From contig NW_015172050.1 of assembly GCF_001447785.1 (NCBI RefSeq), forward strand, positions 122,447 to 185,854: DNA of 63,408 bases, read 5' to 3'. A program made the translations under genes and the position numbers. The notes under the pieces were generated by a model. That model had not been told where the DNA came from, made no database searches, and worked only from the letters and a program-made list of their open reading frames with translations. The DNA is from Gekko japonicus (taxonomy: Eukaryota). Of this stretch, positions 47,701-60,542 are shown piece by piece (positions within the stretch are counted from its first letter, which is position 1; every line of letters begins with the position of its first letter).

Positions 47701-50700
47701 TCTCACACAAGTAAAGTGATATTCAAAATCCTACAACAAAGACTGTTACCATACATGGAACAAAAAATGCCAGATGTTCAGGCTGGATACAGAAAAGGAA
47801 GAGGCTCTAGAGATTATATTGCAAATTTATGTTGGTTACTGCAACATATGAGAGAATTTCAAAAGAAAATCTGCATGTGTTTCATACAGCAAAGCTTTTG
47901 ATTGGATAGATCATGAAAAGCTATGGTTTAAAAGAAATGGGTATGCCACAACATCTGATTGTTTTGATGCACAACCTGTACTCCAGACAAGAGATTACTG
48001 TTAGGACAGAATATGGCGAAACAGAATGTTTTCCAATTGGCAAAGGATTCAGACAAGGATGTATTTTATCTCCCTATCTCTTCAATCTATAAGTAGAATG
48101 TATCATAAGTTAAGGTGGAGTTGTCAGACTCCTGCAACAATCAGAATCAACAACTTGCTTCTTTAGAAGAGAAGTTTATTGATCAGTATTGGCAGAACGT
48201 CAGGATCTGTGTTAAGACTAACAGGGAAAGTGCGGGGTTCAAAGGAGGGCACAAGGCGGCAGGGAGCCAATCAAGCTAAGAAGCGGGGCCCGCCAGACCA
48301 CTGGTTCCCAGAGGATGTTACAGCTAGGCACCAAGGAACCAAGGTCATACACATAAACCATACAGATAAGGGAGCATCACCCAGACACTACATTCCAAAG
48401 AAACCCTTCCCCCTCCACATCAGTCTTCATGGCAGCGAGCTGAAAGGAGTAGATTTAGATGAAGGTAGAGTGAAAATTGGTGAAAACATTAACCATTTCA
48501 GATGTGCAGATGACACCACATTAGTAGTTGTGGAAAGTACCGTCATGTCACACCTGACTTATTGCAACCCAGTAGGATTTTCAAGACAAAAGACATTCAG
48601 AGGTGGTTTGCCATTGCCTGCCTTCACGTCACAACCCTGCTATTCCTTGGAGGTCACCCATCCAAATACTAGCCAAGATCTGACAAGATCGCGCTAGCCC
48701 GGGCTATCCAGGTCAGGGTAACACCACATTATGGACAAAAAATAGTGAAGACTTGATGAAAGTTAAAGCAGAAAATGCCAAAGGAGGATTACAGCTGAAC
48801 ATCAAGAAGACAAAAGTAATGACTACTGGGGAATCGCACAACTTTAAGATTGATGAAGGAGAAATTGAATTTTTCCGTTCCTTGGCTCCATCATCAACCA
48901 AAAGGGAGATTGCAAACAAGAAATCAGAAGAAGACTGAGACTGGGAAGGGCAGCTATGAAGAAGCTTCCAGCCCTGGGTGGGGGCGCTGTTGATGCCAGT
49001 GTGGAGGGTGAAAAGCCTAAGGATGATTCTGGATGCCTCATTTTCCATGGAGGCCCAGGTCACCAACAGTGCCAGATCAGCCTTTTAGCATCTTCGGCTG
49101 GTCAGGCAACTGGTTCCCTATCTCTCCTCCCGGGACTTCGCTACAGTGACCCATGCAATGGTCACTTCCAGGCTGGATTACTGTGACTTGCTCTACACAG
49201 GGCTGCCCTTGAATCTGACCTAGAAACTGCAGCTAGTGCAAAATACGGCAGCGCACCTGTTGACTGCAACGTCTGCGACATATTCAGCCAGCACTGCGCC
49301 AATTGCATAGGCTGCCAAATGAGTACCAGATCTGGTTCAAGGTTTTGGTATTAACCTTCAAAGCTCTATGAGGCCAGGGACCAGCATACCTACGGGACTG
49401 TCTCTCTTCATGTGTGCCCCAGAGATCCTTGCAGTCTGCAGATCAACACCTTCTGGTAGTCCCCAGCCCAAAAGACATCCACCTAGCCTTGACCAGACTG
49501 GTGGAACTTACTCCCACCTGAGATCAGGGCCCTGTGGGATCTATTACAATTCTATAGGGCCTGTAAAACAGAGCTGTCCCGCCAGGCCTTCAGCTGCTAC
49601 AGCAGACATCCAACCATCTCAGCCTCTTATGCTCATACTGCCCTATTTAATGGCCCTATGATGCTAAAAAGATCTGCACAGCATCTTCTGGTGAATTGGA
49701 TGCCTTATTGAACATTTAGCCGGCACTCACACAGAAGGCACTCTGGACTACCACAAACCAGCCTGCCATCTTATTCTGAATTGGTTTTGAACTGGATTTA
49801 AACTTCATATTTTAGGCCCCGATCACACGGACAGGAAAATGCGGGGGGGGGGGGGGCATGTTGGTTGTCAAAGCGGCCTCTCTAGCAAAAGGCTCTGCGG
49901 GTTTAACCCCTTCCAGGGCTGCAGAGGAATGCAAACTGTGTCCTCTGTCCGGTCCCCTCCAGGAGAAGCTTCAGCCGGGCCGCCCTCCCGCCATGCCCCC
50001 CTGCACCTCCCCCTCTGCCGCCCGGTGCAGAGAGTTCCCTTCGAGCAGGCCGAGCCAGGAGTGGGGGGGGGGTACGGAAAAGAGGAGGGGGCTGTGTTGT
50101 TTGCTTTTAAACGAAGTGTGCGCATGCGCAGTTGGGTGCTTGTGCGCATCCCATGGAGACTTGGGGGGAAAAACCTTTTAGCGATGGGACATGGGCGGGC
50201 GCCGGATGCCACGATCTACCACCGGAAACGCGATCAGGCGCCCGCCCTTGCCCTGCGGTTTCCGGAAACTAGTACCTCAGAGGCACTAGTTTTTTACCCC
50301 GCATCTTCGTCGGGAAGCCTCGGGTTCACCACAGCTCTACGCTTCCCAGATGTGGCGCTGTGATCGCACCCGGAAAATCCCCCTATCTTCCGTCTCTGTA
50401 GAGTGGCTAATGCTCCGTGTGACCTCAGCCTTAATATTGTTTTTACCTGTCGTGGCCCACCCTGAGTCCACTTTCGAGGAGGGCAGGATATAAATCAAAT
50501 ATATAAATAAATAAGCTAGCAAAGCTAGAAAATATTCTTAAGTGTAAGAGGATGTGTCACTGGTGACCAAGGTCAAATTAATTCATGCCTTCATTATGTA
50601 TGGATGTGAAAATCAATGAAGAAAGTTGATTCATTCAGAATGTGGTGTTAGAAGTTTTACAGATACCGTGGACTACCAAAAAGACAAATAAGTGGGTTCT

Positions 50701-51623
50701 TGATCAAATCAAGCCTGACCTCTCCCTAGGGGCTAAATTGACAAAATTGTGGCTATTGCACTTTGGGCATAGGAGAAGGAAAGAGTCACTGGCAAATAAT
50801 AGTAGGACAAGTTGAAGGCAGCAGGAAAAGAGGAAGCCCCAACATGAGATGGATTGTCTCTATATAGCCACAGCCCTCCGTCTGGAAGGCCTGAGCAAGG
50901 CTGTTAACAATAGGATGTTTTGGAGAGTGTTAATTCATAGGGTCCCCAGTGACTTGACAGTACTTAATGTGCACACACCACCCTTCAACTCAGGTTGCTC
51001 CTCTGTCTCCCAATTTTACCCTAACAACAACCCTGAGAAGAAGGTTAGGCAAATAGGAGGTTAGGTCTCCTAGATCCTAGCTAGGGTTGCCAGGTTCCCC
51101 CCTAGCCACCAGCAGGGGATGGGGGGGGGGGATTGGGTTGCCAGTTCCAAGCTGGAAAACTCCTGGTGATTTGGGAGTGGAGCCTAGGGAGGACAGGGAC
51201 CTCGGTGGGGCACAATGCCATTAAGTCCACTATCCAAAGCAGCCATATTCTCCAGAAGAACTGATCTCTGTAGTCTGGAGATGACCTATGATTCCAGGGG
51301 ATCCCCAGGTCCCATCTGGAGCCTAGCAACCCTAAACTATTACACCACACTGACTTTAACTAGTGTGACTTGCTTTAATCAAACATCGAGAGATTTGGGA
51401 AGGTCAAGCAAAACTATGCTTTCCTCTCCCCAATCAGTTGACCGCAAACGAAACAAGGTCAGGCGACGGCCGTGACATCATCTACATGCGACAGCCTCCT
51501 AATCATTGCTCGGGCGCTGTATCTTGACTCACCAGTACTGGACAGCCTACAAGCCTGGGGAGAGAAGAAGCTGCGGCTTAACAAGCCCCTTGCGGCCGTT
51601 AGGAACAGCCACGACGACGCCAT
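44560..51623 (-). CDS. MRPL51: Mitochondrial ribosomal protein L51 (mL51), 131 aa; join(51533-51623, 46481-46588, 44560-44756)
   Basis: [30 protein letters not shown]|[36 protein letters not shown]|[65 protein letters not shown]. Matches recalled MRPL51 motifs; 396 nt in frame; N-terminus resembles a mitochondrial presequence. Confidence 0.96.
44990..45490 (+). mobile_element. CR1 3' end with long UTR; related piece at 23630-23860
   Basis: ttaggaagaactttctgacagt...gggttggactagatgacc...actctatg repeats. Confidence 0.8.
46481..46588 (-). CDS. MRPL51: MRPL51 exon 2
   Basis: ccccag|GTAATCCG ... TTTTGG|gtaagt; encodes [20 protein letters not shown]. Confidence 0.96.
46790..47526. repeat. GC-rich imperfect tandem repeats (~170-190 bp) within a probable DNA-transposon remnant
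   Basis: Three copies of gcctg(c/t)tgacc(g/a)gcc...ggaggatccag; right end ggctggccctg. Confidence 0.55.
48122..48445 (-). mobile_element. Solo LTR (Gypsy-like)
   Basis: tgtcag...ctgaaa termini; 5-bp TSD ggagt; AATAAA on minus strand. Confidence 0.7.
49815..50430 (+). mobile_element. Non-autonomous DNA element (Harbinger-like), inverted homolog at 54127-54487
   Basis: ggccccgatcacac terminus; ~170 bp reverse-complement homology between 50230-50400 and 54160-54330. Confidence 0.6.
51533..51623 (-). CDS. MRPL51: MRPL51 exon 1
   Basis: ATGGCGTCG ... ACTG|gtgagt; 91 bp, phase 1. Confidence 0.88.
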
Positions 51624-52251
51624 CGAGCCCGCAATATTTGTCGCCCTCAAGGAACCGCACGCTTACTAAACGGGTTCCGCCATATTGGATTTTTCCCGGA
51701 ATGCACCACACTATGAACATCGCATTAAGAAGCAACAAGAGCGGAAACCAGTTCAATTCGAGACCGGAAGTGTCGATAAGGAATTTTTTTACCGATCCGT
51801 GTGGCTGAGAGTGGCGCCGGCAAACTTCGACTCGCATAATCCACTCTCCGGAATTTTTAAACTGCTATGCTATCTCTTTTTCAGCATCGCCGTTTGTTCT
51901 AGAAATTTAAACTTCAGCCGTTGAAGAATATTGTCTCCTGAACCGCCATTGGCTGATAAGTTCTAATTTAGGAATCTGATTGGCTAAGCGGCCAGAATTC
52001 GAAATGGTTGCCCCGCCTTCTTCCTCGCGGCTGGCGCGCGCCACAGAAAGAGACAAACTGGCTGTTTTGGCTCGTTTCGGCTGTTCCGCCCGTCTTGCCC
52101 CTTTTTCTGAACGACCAATCAAGAAAAGAGAGGTCTGGAGGGTGATTGGCCCGCATCGTGTTCTGAGAGCTGTGATAGGCTAGTGCTTGTGATGGGGATC
52201 TGTGGCGCGGGATTTTTGAGCGTCAGTCTGCTTCCGGTCGCGGAGGTAGGT
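51624..52251. promoter_or_regulatory. Bidirectional MRPL51/NCAPD2 promoter (CpG island; NF-Y, ETS, CHR-like sites)
   Basis: 628 bp between divergent ATGs; CCAAT/ATTGG at 51948, 51979, 52115 and 52145 (pairs ~30 bp apart); CCGGAAGT at 51764; TTCGAA (CHR variant) at 51998; GGCGCGG-N4-TTTGAG near 52204. Confidence 0.8.
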
Positions 52252-52396
52252 ATGGCTGAGTTGTCCTCGGAGGCTGTTCCCGCTTGGGAGTTCCATTTGC
52301 CGCTGTCTGCTGACGATTTGCTACGCAGTGATGGGCCCTCGCAGTACGCCGTGCAGGAGGTGCTGCCAGTCAAGGAACTCCGGGGACAGCTGGCAG
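52252..52396 (+). CDS. NCAPD2: NCAPD2 coding exon 1
   Basis: MAELSSEAVPAWEFHLPLSADDLLRSDGPSQYAVQEVLPVKELRGQLA; donor G|gtctgt. Confidence 0.9.
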
Positions 52397-55300
52397 GTCT
52401 GTGGGAAAAGGAGGGGGGGGGACGAAGGCGGGAAGACTTCTTGCGAAGACACAAAGGATGTTGCTGGAGCAAACAAAACATTCTCAGAGAAGGTGGCTGG
52501 AGGAGGGGGGCATAAGATTGTCTTGTTGCACTTTAGTCTAGGTATCTAGATTTTTTTTCTCCAACAGCTGCCAACTTGTAGCCTTTGAAAATACCATCAA
52601 GAGGCCCAAGATGGCTGGTGCTTGCATAGGGTTGCCAACCTCCAGGTGGTGGCTGGAGTTCTGGGATTACAATTCAGAGATCGATTCACCTAGAGTAAAT
52701 GGCTGCTTTGGAAGGTGGGCTTTATGACATTACTAGGAAAAAGGCCTGTTGTGGAAATAAATACAACGGCCTCTAGAAAGATACTCTGGGCGGGTGCCCC
52801 GGCCTTGGACACTCAGTGTCAATTTGCTGTGGCGACCTCAGCAGGGTATAATGACACTGAGTCCACCATTTTCTCCAGAGGAACTGATCTCTGCTACCTA
52901 AAGAACAGTTGTAATTTTGAGTGATCTCCAGCCCTCACCTGGAGACTGGCAACAATGGTTCCCCAGAAGGGAATAGTTGGTTTGGAGGGTGGAGTCTATG
53001 GCTTTGTACCTGTCCAAGGTCCCTTCAGCTTTTCACCCCCTACACACCTGCAGCCTCTCCCCTGCTCTGAAGCCCTGACTGCTGCGTCACATTGGCTGTC
53101 ATACGGGGGCCACCTCAGCAGCATATAAGGATACAGAGCCCACCATTTTCTTCAGGGGAACTGATCTCTGCCATCTGGAAAGCAGTTGTAATTCTGAGTG
53201 ATCTCCAGCCCTCACCTGGAAAGTGGACACATTTTACCTCAGAACAGCAAACTGTTTAGAATGTTAGAGGCAAAATCCAATCAAGTCACATATGCAAATA
53301 ACCTCTGTGTTCCGAGGCAAAGGCCAATGAGGCTGCATATGCAAATAACCTCTGTGTTCTGACTGGCTATGGCGGGGAGAGGAACAGCAAACTGTTTAGA
53401 ATGTTGGAGGCGAGACTCAAGCAATGCAGCCAGTGGATAGGGACAGATACTGAGTGACACACCAGGGCGCCAACCAATTCCGGAGCATGTGGAATGTCAT
53501 AGAGAAGTGCCACCACCATTTGGCTTTTATTTATAAGGGAATGCCCTGTTGAATTCTCTCTTCTCCAGAAACCCAGCCCTCCTCAGGCTCCGCCCCCCCC
53601 CCCCCAAGTCTCCAGGTATTTTCCAACCCTTAGCTGGCAACCCTATGCTTGTAGCAAATTGCCTCTGAATAAAATGACTCCATTTAGCCATAATAATGTG
53701 ACATAATAGCATTTGCGTAGTGCTACTGGTGTGTTCAAAGCATGGCATGATCCTGTGATTAGCCCATAAGGTACTGGATCTTAGAGTGTGGGTTGTGGGT
53801 AGGATTGTGAACAAACTGGTGAAGAAAATGTCCTGTCCCTTGCATGTGATTAAAAAAATAAGGCCAAGACCGATGGTGCACAATCAGGTTAAAAACTATG
53901 TTTTATTACTTAGTTAAATTTCCAAAAATTCCCTATGTGTTTCGCCAACAGGCTTTGTCGGGAATTTGTTCGCCTTGCAGTAGTTCTTCAAAAAGAGTAA
54001 AAGATCAGTCTTTTACAATCGTTTGATCATTTACTTGTTTTGAAGAACTACTGCAAGATGAACAGACTCCCCTGACAAAAGCCTGTTGGCAAAACATGTA
54101 GGGAATTTTTGGAAATTTAACTAACTGGGGCCCTGTTCACACGGAGCATTTGCCACGCTAAAGATATGGATGGTAGGTGGATTTTCCGGGCACTATCACA
54201 CCGCTACATCTGGGAAGCGTAGTGCTCCCGTGGCTAACCCGTGGCTTCCCGACGAAGTTGTGGAGTAAAAAAACTAGTACTTACGATGTACTGGTTTCCG
54301 GAAAACGCGGGGCAAGGGCGGGCATCTGATCAAGTCCCCACAGGATGCGCACAAACGATCATGCACAAACTTCGGTGAGACAAACAAAAAAACCCATTTG
54401 CCACAGAAGCGGCGCGGCGCAATTGCCGGTGTGAACGCGCTGTGCTGCTTCTTTGCCGCACTGCAGACTAGCCGTCTGATCGGCACCTAACGCCCAGCTA
54501 CAGGACCTCGACAGGACGTCTGATTGGGCTGCCGCACGTTACTTTGTTCTGGGGCAAACAGCCACGCCTCCATCTGATTGTGCACAATCGGTCTTGGCCT
54601 TTTTTCCCATCTCCTCTGACTGGTGCAGCTCTTTGTCTTCTTGTCTCTGACCCTTGAATAGGCACCTAATGTGTACAGTTGGACAGCAAAGCTTTTCCTG
54701 GTATGCAGATAAATAACATTGCCTGGTAAATAATGTAGCATGAAACCTTTATTTAAAGGGTAGGAGATTTGTTTTCCCCCAGGCTGTTGGAAACCTTCAA
54801 TGTGAGGGTGAGCTGAGATGGTGATCTTGAGTTTGTCTCTGCGTAATCTGCAAAACATCCATGCAGTGAAGCCTGTTGTTTAGCAATTTATCCAATATTA
54901 GACATCCAGAAAAGTATATGTTCGTTCATTGTTAATCCATATGACACTGCTGCCTTCTGTCCTACCTGAAGTTTTCAGTAGGCCAGTTTTGCATTAATAC
55001 AAGGGCTTCGTTACCTGTGGACAGGCTTGGCCTTCTGGAAGGTGACTGGTGTCATAAATGATCTCTTTTCTCTCCCCTGGCAGGATTCCAGGCAGGATTC
55101 CGCACCCAAGGAGCTCTTGCCATCCTACAGCACTTTGATACCTTGTACAGCATCCTACAGTGAGTTTATACACTTAGTTGAGTGGTTAATACCATGGGAG
55201 GTTTCTGATATGAGGGGTGGGGGTTAGTTGGGCAAAAGGCCTCTGGCTTTTTCTGATATTGATGGAAGTACAAAGGCTTTGCAGAGGACGTGGAAGGGTA

Positions 55301-58300
55301 GAAAATCTTCTCAGTGAGGCGTTTTAAATGGCTGGACGATGAGATCAAGCAGTACTACGGAACTGCTTCCTCTTTGTAGCAGTAAGAGAGCTTGGTGTGT
55401 GTAGGCAGCCGCTGTGAGACTAACAGCCTCCCCCTTCAGGTGTTTCAGATGCAAATATTTAATTCATTTGGAGGTTTGTGTCCTGTACTTTCTCCTTAAG
55501 AGAAAGCTCACAAGAAAATCTGAAGCGTCAGAAGAAAGTTCAGACCATGTTGGTCTGAAGCGTCAGAAGAAAGTTCGAGTCCAGTGACACCTTTAAGACC
55601 AACTAAGCTGGTCTTGAATAAATTAAAATCTTGTGGGTCAAAGGTGCCACTGGACTCGAACTTTGACTTGTGTATAATCAGACACACTCTTGCAACACTA
55701 TAGGAAGTATTGTTTATATCAATTTTTATTAGAATGTTCACTGATTTGGCGGGGATGGATGATTATGTATAGTAATGAGCACAAACTGGCCTAACAACTA
55801 AAGTTCATCATGGATTTTGGGTTATTTGTGGTTCATGAAGCAATGACTGCAAACTGAAAAACTACCACGAACATTTGATGGCGGTTCATGAAGAGCAGAA
55901 AGCAGGGGTTTAAACCTGCTTTCTGTTCTTCAAGGGGAGCTCCCCGCCGCTCAGCTGTTTTGTTTAAATGGCTCACAAACCAAGTTGGTTTGCAAACCAC
56001 CCTCCTGGTTCGTATGGGTTTGTGGTTCAGCCACAAATTGAACTGCAAATATGCCATTCATGCCCATCCCTAGTTTACTTTTAAACTATTTGTCCATCTC
56101 TTGGAAGCTAACCAACAGTCAATGAAAATGCATCCTCCGTGTCCTTACTGCAACTAAAAGACTTGTATTACAACACTGGAAAGGTAAATAATGCCCACTT
56201 CCTGTGAATCAGTGAATTGAGGACCTTAGGACTTTATGGACACATGGCATGCAGATGACAACTGCATGTGGACTTATGTTTTAGATATTTGGAAACCTTT
56301 TATAAAACTTAAATGTAGGTCTGCCACCACTCTTGTTATATACTTGCTTCTATTTCATACTTCCCCCCCTTCCCCCCCCCTTTTTTAAAGTAGTTGCTGA
56401 ATTTGAGTTCTTTTCATGTTTTTTAATACTTTTTTTTAAAAAAACTGATCTAACTTGATAATTTTAATATTTTATGTTTTTATTGTGCTTTGTAAGCCAT
56501 CTCGAGCAGGTTCCCTGGTGTAAAAATTTTCCAAGTATAGAAATTGGTGTGCCTGTTTGACCACTCATCCTTTTCCTCAAATCCAGTGGCACATGATCCA
56601 TCGTTTTCTATGGCAGTTAATTCTGTTGACACCCCTTGCGTTGACATTTCAATACCAACTAAATGGGTACTCCTCCCAGGTGCTGTGGGGATCTTCTAAA
56701 ATTCCCCATATTAATTTACTCAGTTGTGGTTTTTTAACAAATTTATTTATGATTTTCCATTACAAAACCTCAAAAAGAAAGTAAACATAAAAATAAAAAC
56801 CATATAGAACAGTAACAATATTTTGTGTATGAAATATATTTATGGAGTTACACATTTTCTCCCAACCATTTATTAACTCTAAACCATCTTATTTGAAAAG
56901 CTGCGGTGGCTCAAGTGGTTAAGACGCTGAACTGCAGGCTGTGGAAGGTCAGTAGTTCAGCAGTTCAAGACCCGGGTGCCGCAAGACGGGGTGAGCTCCC
57001 GTCTCTAGTTCCAGCTCCTGTCAACCTAGCAGTTCGAAAGCAAGAAATTGCAAGTAGATAAATAGGTACCACTTCGGTGGGAAGGTAACAGCGTTCCGTG
57101 CGCCTTGGTGTTTAGTCATGCCGGCCACATGACCACGGAAACGTCTTCAGACAGCGCTGGCTCTTCGGCTTTGAAACGGAGATGAGCACCGCAACCCTAG
57201 AGTCGGATTCGACTGGCTTTCGAGCAAGGGAGACCTTTACCTTTACCTATCCTCTTTACCTGAAAGAATCATGTTCAACTTGTCCATTTCTGCCACATCA
57301 CAGATTTTTATAATCAACTCCTCTCTAGCAGGTAGGTTTTCAGATTTCCAACACTTGGCAACCAATATCCTGGCTGCAGTTAGGATATATGACAAAATAC
57401 ACAGTTCATCATGCCTATATCCATCTGGTATTATATTAAGTAAATAGATTTCTGGTACTAGCTGCAATTCAATGCCCATAATCTCTGTTATTAACTGCTT
57501 AATACCCTTCCAAAATTTATAGATCTTTTCACACCGCCACCGCATGTATTATTTTTATTTGAAAGTAGAACACCTAAATATTTGATCTTGTTGACCACCT
57601 CGATACCTCAATGTCTTAAAAACAAACCCCCTTCTCCACACACATGTATGCAGTCTTTGAAGATTGGGCCATTCTAACTGTAGGGCTGGATCGCACTTGT
57701 CCCATACGTCTTTATCTTCCCTACAGCCACTTCAGGAGCGTGGAAGCTTCCGTTAAGGAGGATGCCCTGGAATTGATGCGGAAAGGTGAGTTAGTCCCCC
57801 CTTCAGAATGATCATTTCTCCTTTTGTTTCTTACTGCTTCATGATGATATCAAGGCAATTGTGACTCCACCGGCAGGCTGCTCCAGCAACCTGTTCCCTT
57901 CATACAGGTCTGTAATCTTGGTGGGCAATGCAAAGCACTGCATGTTCACTGTAAGGGCAGACCGACATTATCTCCCGTTCCTTGCAGCCTCTGCTCCAGA
58001 GGGGCTGTCTGCTTCTTTGCAAAGCGGGCCATCTGGCAGACCAGGGATACGGGTACAGGGCAAGCCTAAAGCGTCCAGGTAACAGTTTGCTGTGTGTGGC
58101 CAGACCTATGGCTGGTGGGGCATCATGAGCACAAGTCTTTGGTAATCTGAAAGTGGCGCAGAGTTTGCCTCTGAAGAACCCCGTAAAGGCTGTGATAACA
58201 TGCTAGGGAACGGTATGTTGTCCCCTTCTCTTCTCCAGTGGTGTCCAGTCACTCCAACGCCCTGACAGCCATCTTGGACAGTGCCGACCTGACACCCTCA

Positions 58301-60491
58301 CTCCGCACTCTTCACTGCAACGCTCTCAAGATGAACTGCTATGTGCTTGTGCGGCTCGTGGAGGCTTTCGAAACAGAGGCCAGCAGGAGCGGCCTGGTGG
58401 GGCTGGATTCCAAGAAAAAGGTAGAAGGCTGAAATCCGTAACTGATGTGGCCTTTTTCCCTGAAGTCCATCTCGGGTACCCAAAGATCAAGTTAATGCCA
58501 GTTTTGGGGTCTGTATAAGAAAACTAACAGTGCTGTCCTAAGCAGAGTTATACCCATCTAAGCCCATTGATTTCTGTGCATTATCCTATGAGTGTCGCGG
58601 GCCGCAGAGTGAGCTCTACAGCGAAGGCACAAGGACTACTGGTTAGGGGAGGTGCTATAGACCTGATTTCACTCTTTGTGGCCTCTGATTGGCCAGATTG
58701 TCCCTCATGTGACAGCACTATACCATAGCTTTCCTTCCAGTTCCTGCTGGTTATTAGGGGAAGTCTCTTATTAACAAAAGCTTTGTTTTCAGGCCCTGGC
58801 CTGGATAGGCCAGGCAAGCCCAATCTCGGAAACCTCCAAGGAATACCGGATCTGGGACACAGAGGCAGGCAATAGCAAGCCACCTCTCTGAAATGTCCAA
58901 GCCTCACTAGGGGTCACCAGAAGTCAACCATGACTTCTAGGCACGCACACGTACACACACAAAATACCCTTTAAAAACAACAACCAAAAGCTTTGTTTTC
59001 TGAAAGCTGCATTTGTAATGCAACCTGGCATTCCTCTAGAACGGAGGTCCCCAACGTGGTGTCCCTGGATGCCATGGCGCCAACCAACAGCTTTCTTGGT
59101 GCCCGTGACGAAATGGCATTTACCTGGGTGTGTTAGACGGAGGCCGTCTGTACCTGGTGTTTAAAATGGTTCCCCATAAGGGTAAGTGGCCTGTAGTTCC
59201 AGACAAGGGCCTGCAGGGATAACCCTCATCAGGTTGATGGGACTGCCTCATTTGCCTGCCTACATTTCCCAGAAGCTCTAGGGGAAAAGGGCGGGGAAAT
59301 ATGGACACGCCCCAGGGGTGGACCTAGGGGGATAAAGGCTTTGGCCCTGCGGGGGGAGTGCAGTCTTCAGCCTTTGGCTCAGCGTGGACGGCAGCTGCAA
59401 GGGAGTAGACAGGTGGGGGCTCCTGTTGCCTCAAACTCCAGGGCATCCAGGCCACTATAAACGGTGGTGGACAGCCAGGAGGGCAACAGTACCAGTGACC
59501 AGTCCTGTGAAGGGCTGGGGTTTCTCCACAACCTCCAGAGATAGTGAGAGTGTGTGGAGGACAGAGGAATGGCGTTTTACATCGTATTTATTTTCTGCCC
59601 AGGTTGTGTTAATGTGCTCTTGTTTATTTTCTGCGCTTAACTTGTACATAGTTAAAACCTTTTTTGAGTGCCTTGTCCACTTAGTCCTCCCTGCTCAGCA
59701 CGTCACCAGGGGCAAATGGAGGCTAGGGAACACAAACGGGCCCAAATCGGAGGGGTTGCCAACTCTCCAGGAAGCCTCAGGACTGTGTGGCCTTCGCTGT
59801 ACATGAATTTGACTCACGTGGCTTTTGCCTACTAGGAATGTTTATAGTATGCAGCAGTCAGAAGTCGCTATCAAATTCTAAATAGATAAAGTATTGAAAG
59901 CTAGCTTCCTGGACTGTCTTAGAGAACCTTGACTCTCTGAGTCACCTTGGCTTAACCCAGGTTTCCTTGACTTTCCTGACCCCAGAGATAGAAATAAAGG
60001 GCTGACTTTGTTGTATACGTCAGATGTATGTCAAATGCTCATCACAGACTTGACTGACAGTTCCATTAGCTTCAGTGGGTGAAAGAAAGAGTATTTAATT
60101 TATTTATATTTATTTATATTTATTTATATTTATATCCCGCCATTCGGCAGGCTCAGGGTGGCTAACAGAATATACGAAAATACATTAAAATTCTGTTAAA
60201 ACTATCAGTCAATGTAAAAATCATACAACTTATTTTAAAAGATGGTGAGTCTTCCGATGTTGGCTGTCAACTGAACACTGTCGGGATTTAGTCTTGTTCT
60301 TTGTTGTTCTGATCAACTACCTTCAGTTATGGGTCTTAGCAGAACAACCAAGGATATCCTTTATAGAAGTACAAGTGCCACTGTTTATGTATTGGAGTTG
60401 TATTGAAATATTCTGTGTTGAATATTACAATGCTACAAAAATGTTTTCTGACTTAAGAGTGTGTAATGAAGTAAACTGTTTTGGTGTAGAA

Positions 60492-60542
<51 letters not shown>

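Larger units (their letters stand above)
47615..50960 (+). mobile_element. Old fragmented RTE-BovB with nested insertions (solo LTR, 5S SINE, L2-like fragment, DNA element)
   Basis: RT motifs [44 protein letters not shown] split across 47615-48120, 48446-48525, 48720-48965 and 50515-50960. Confidence 0.85.
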
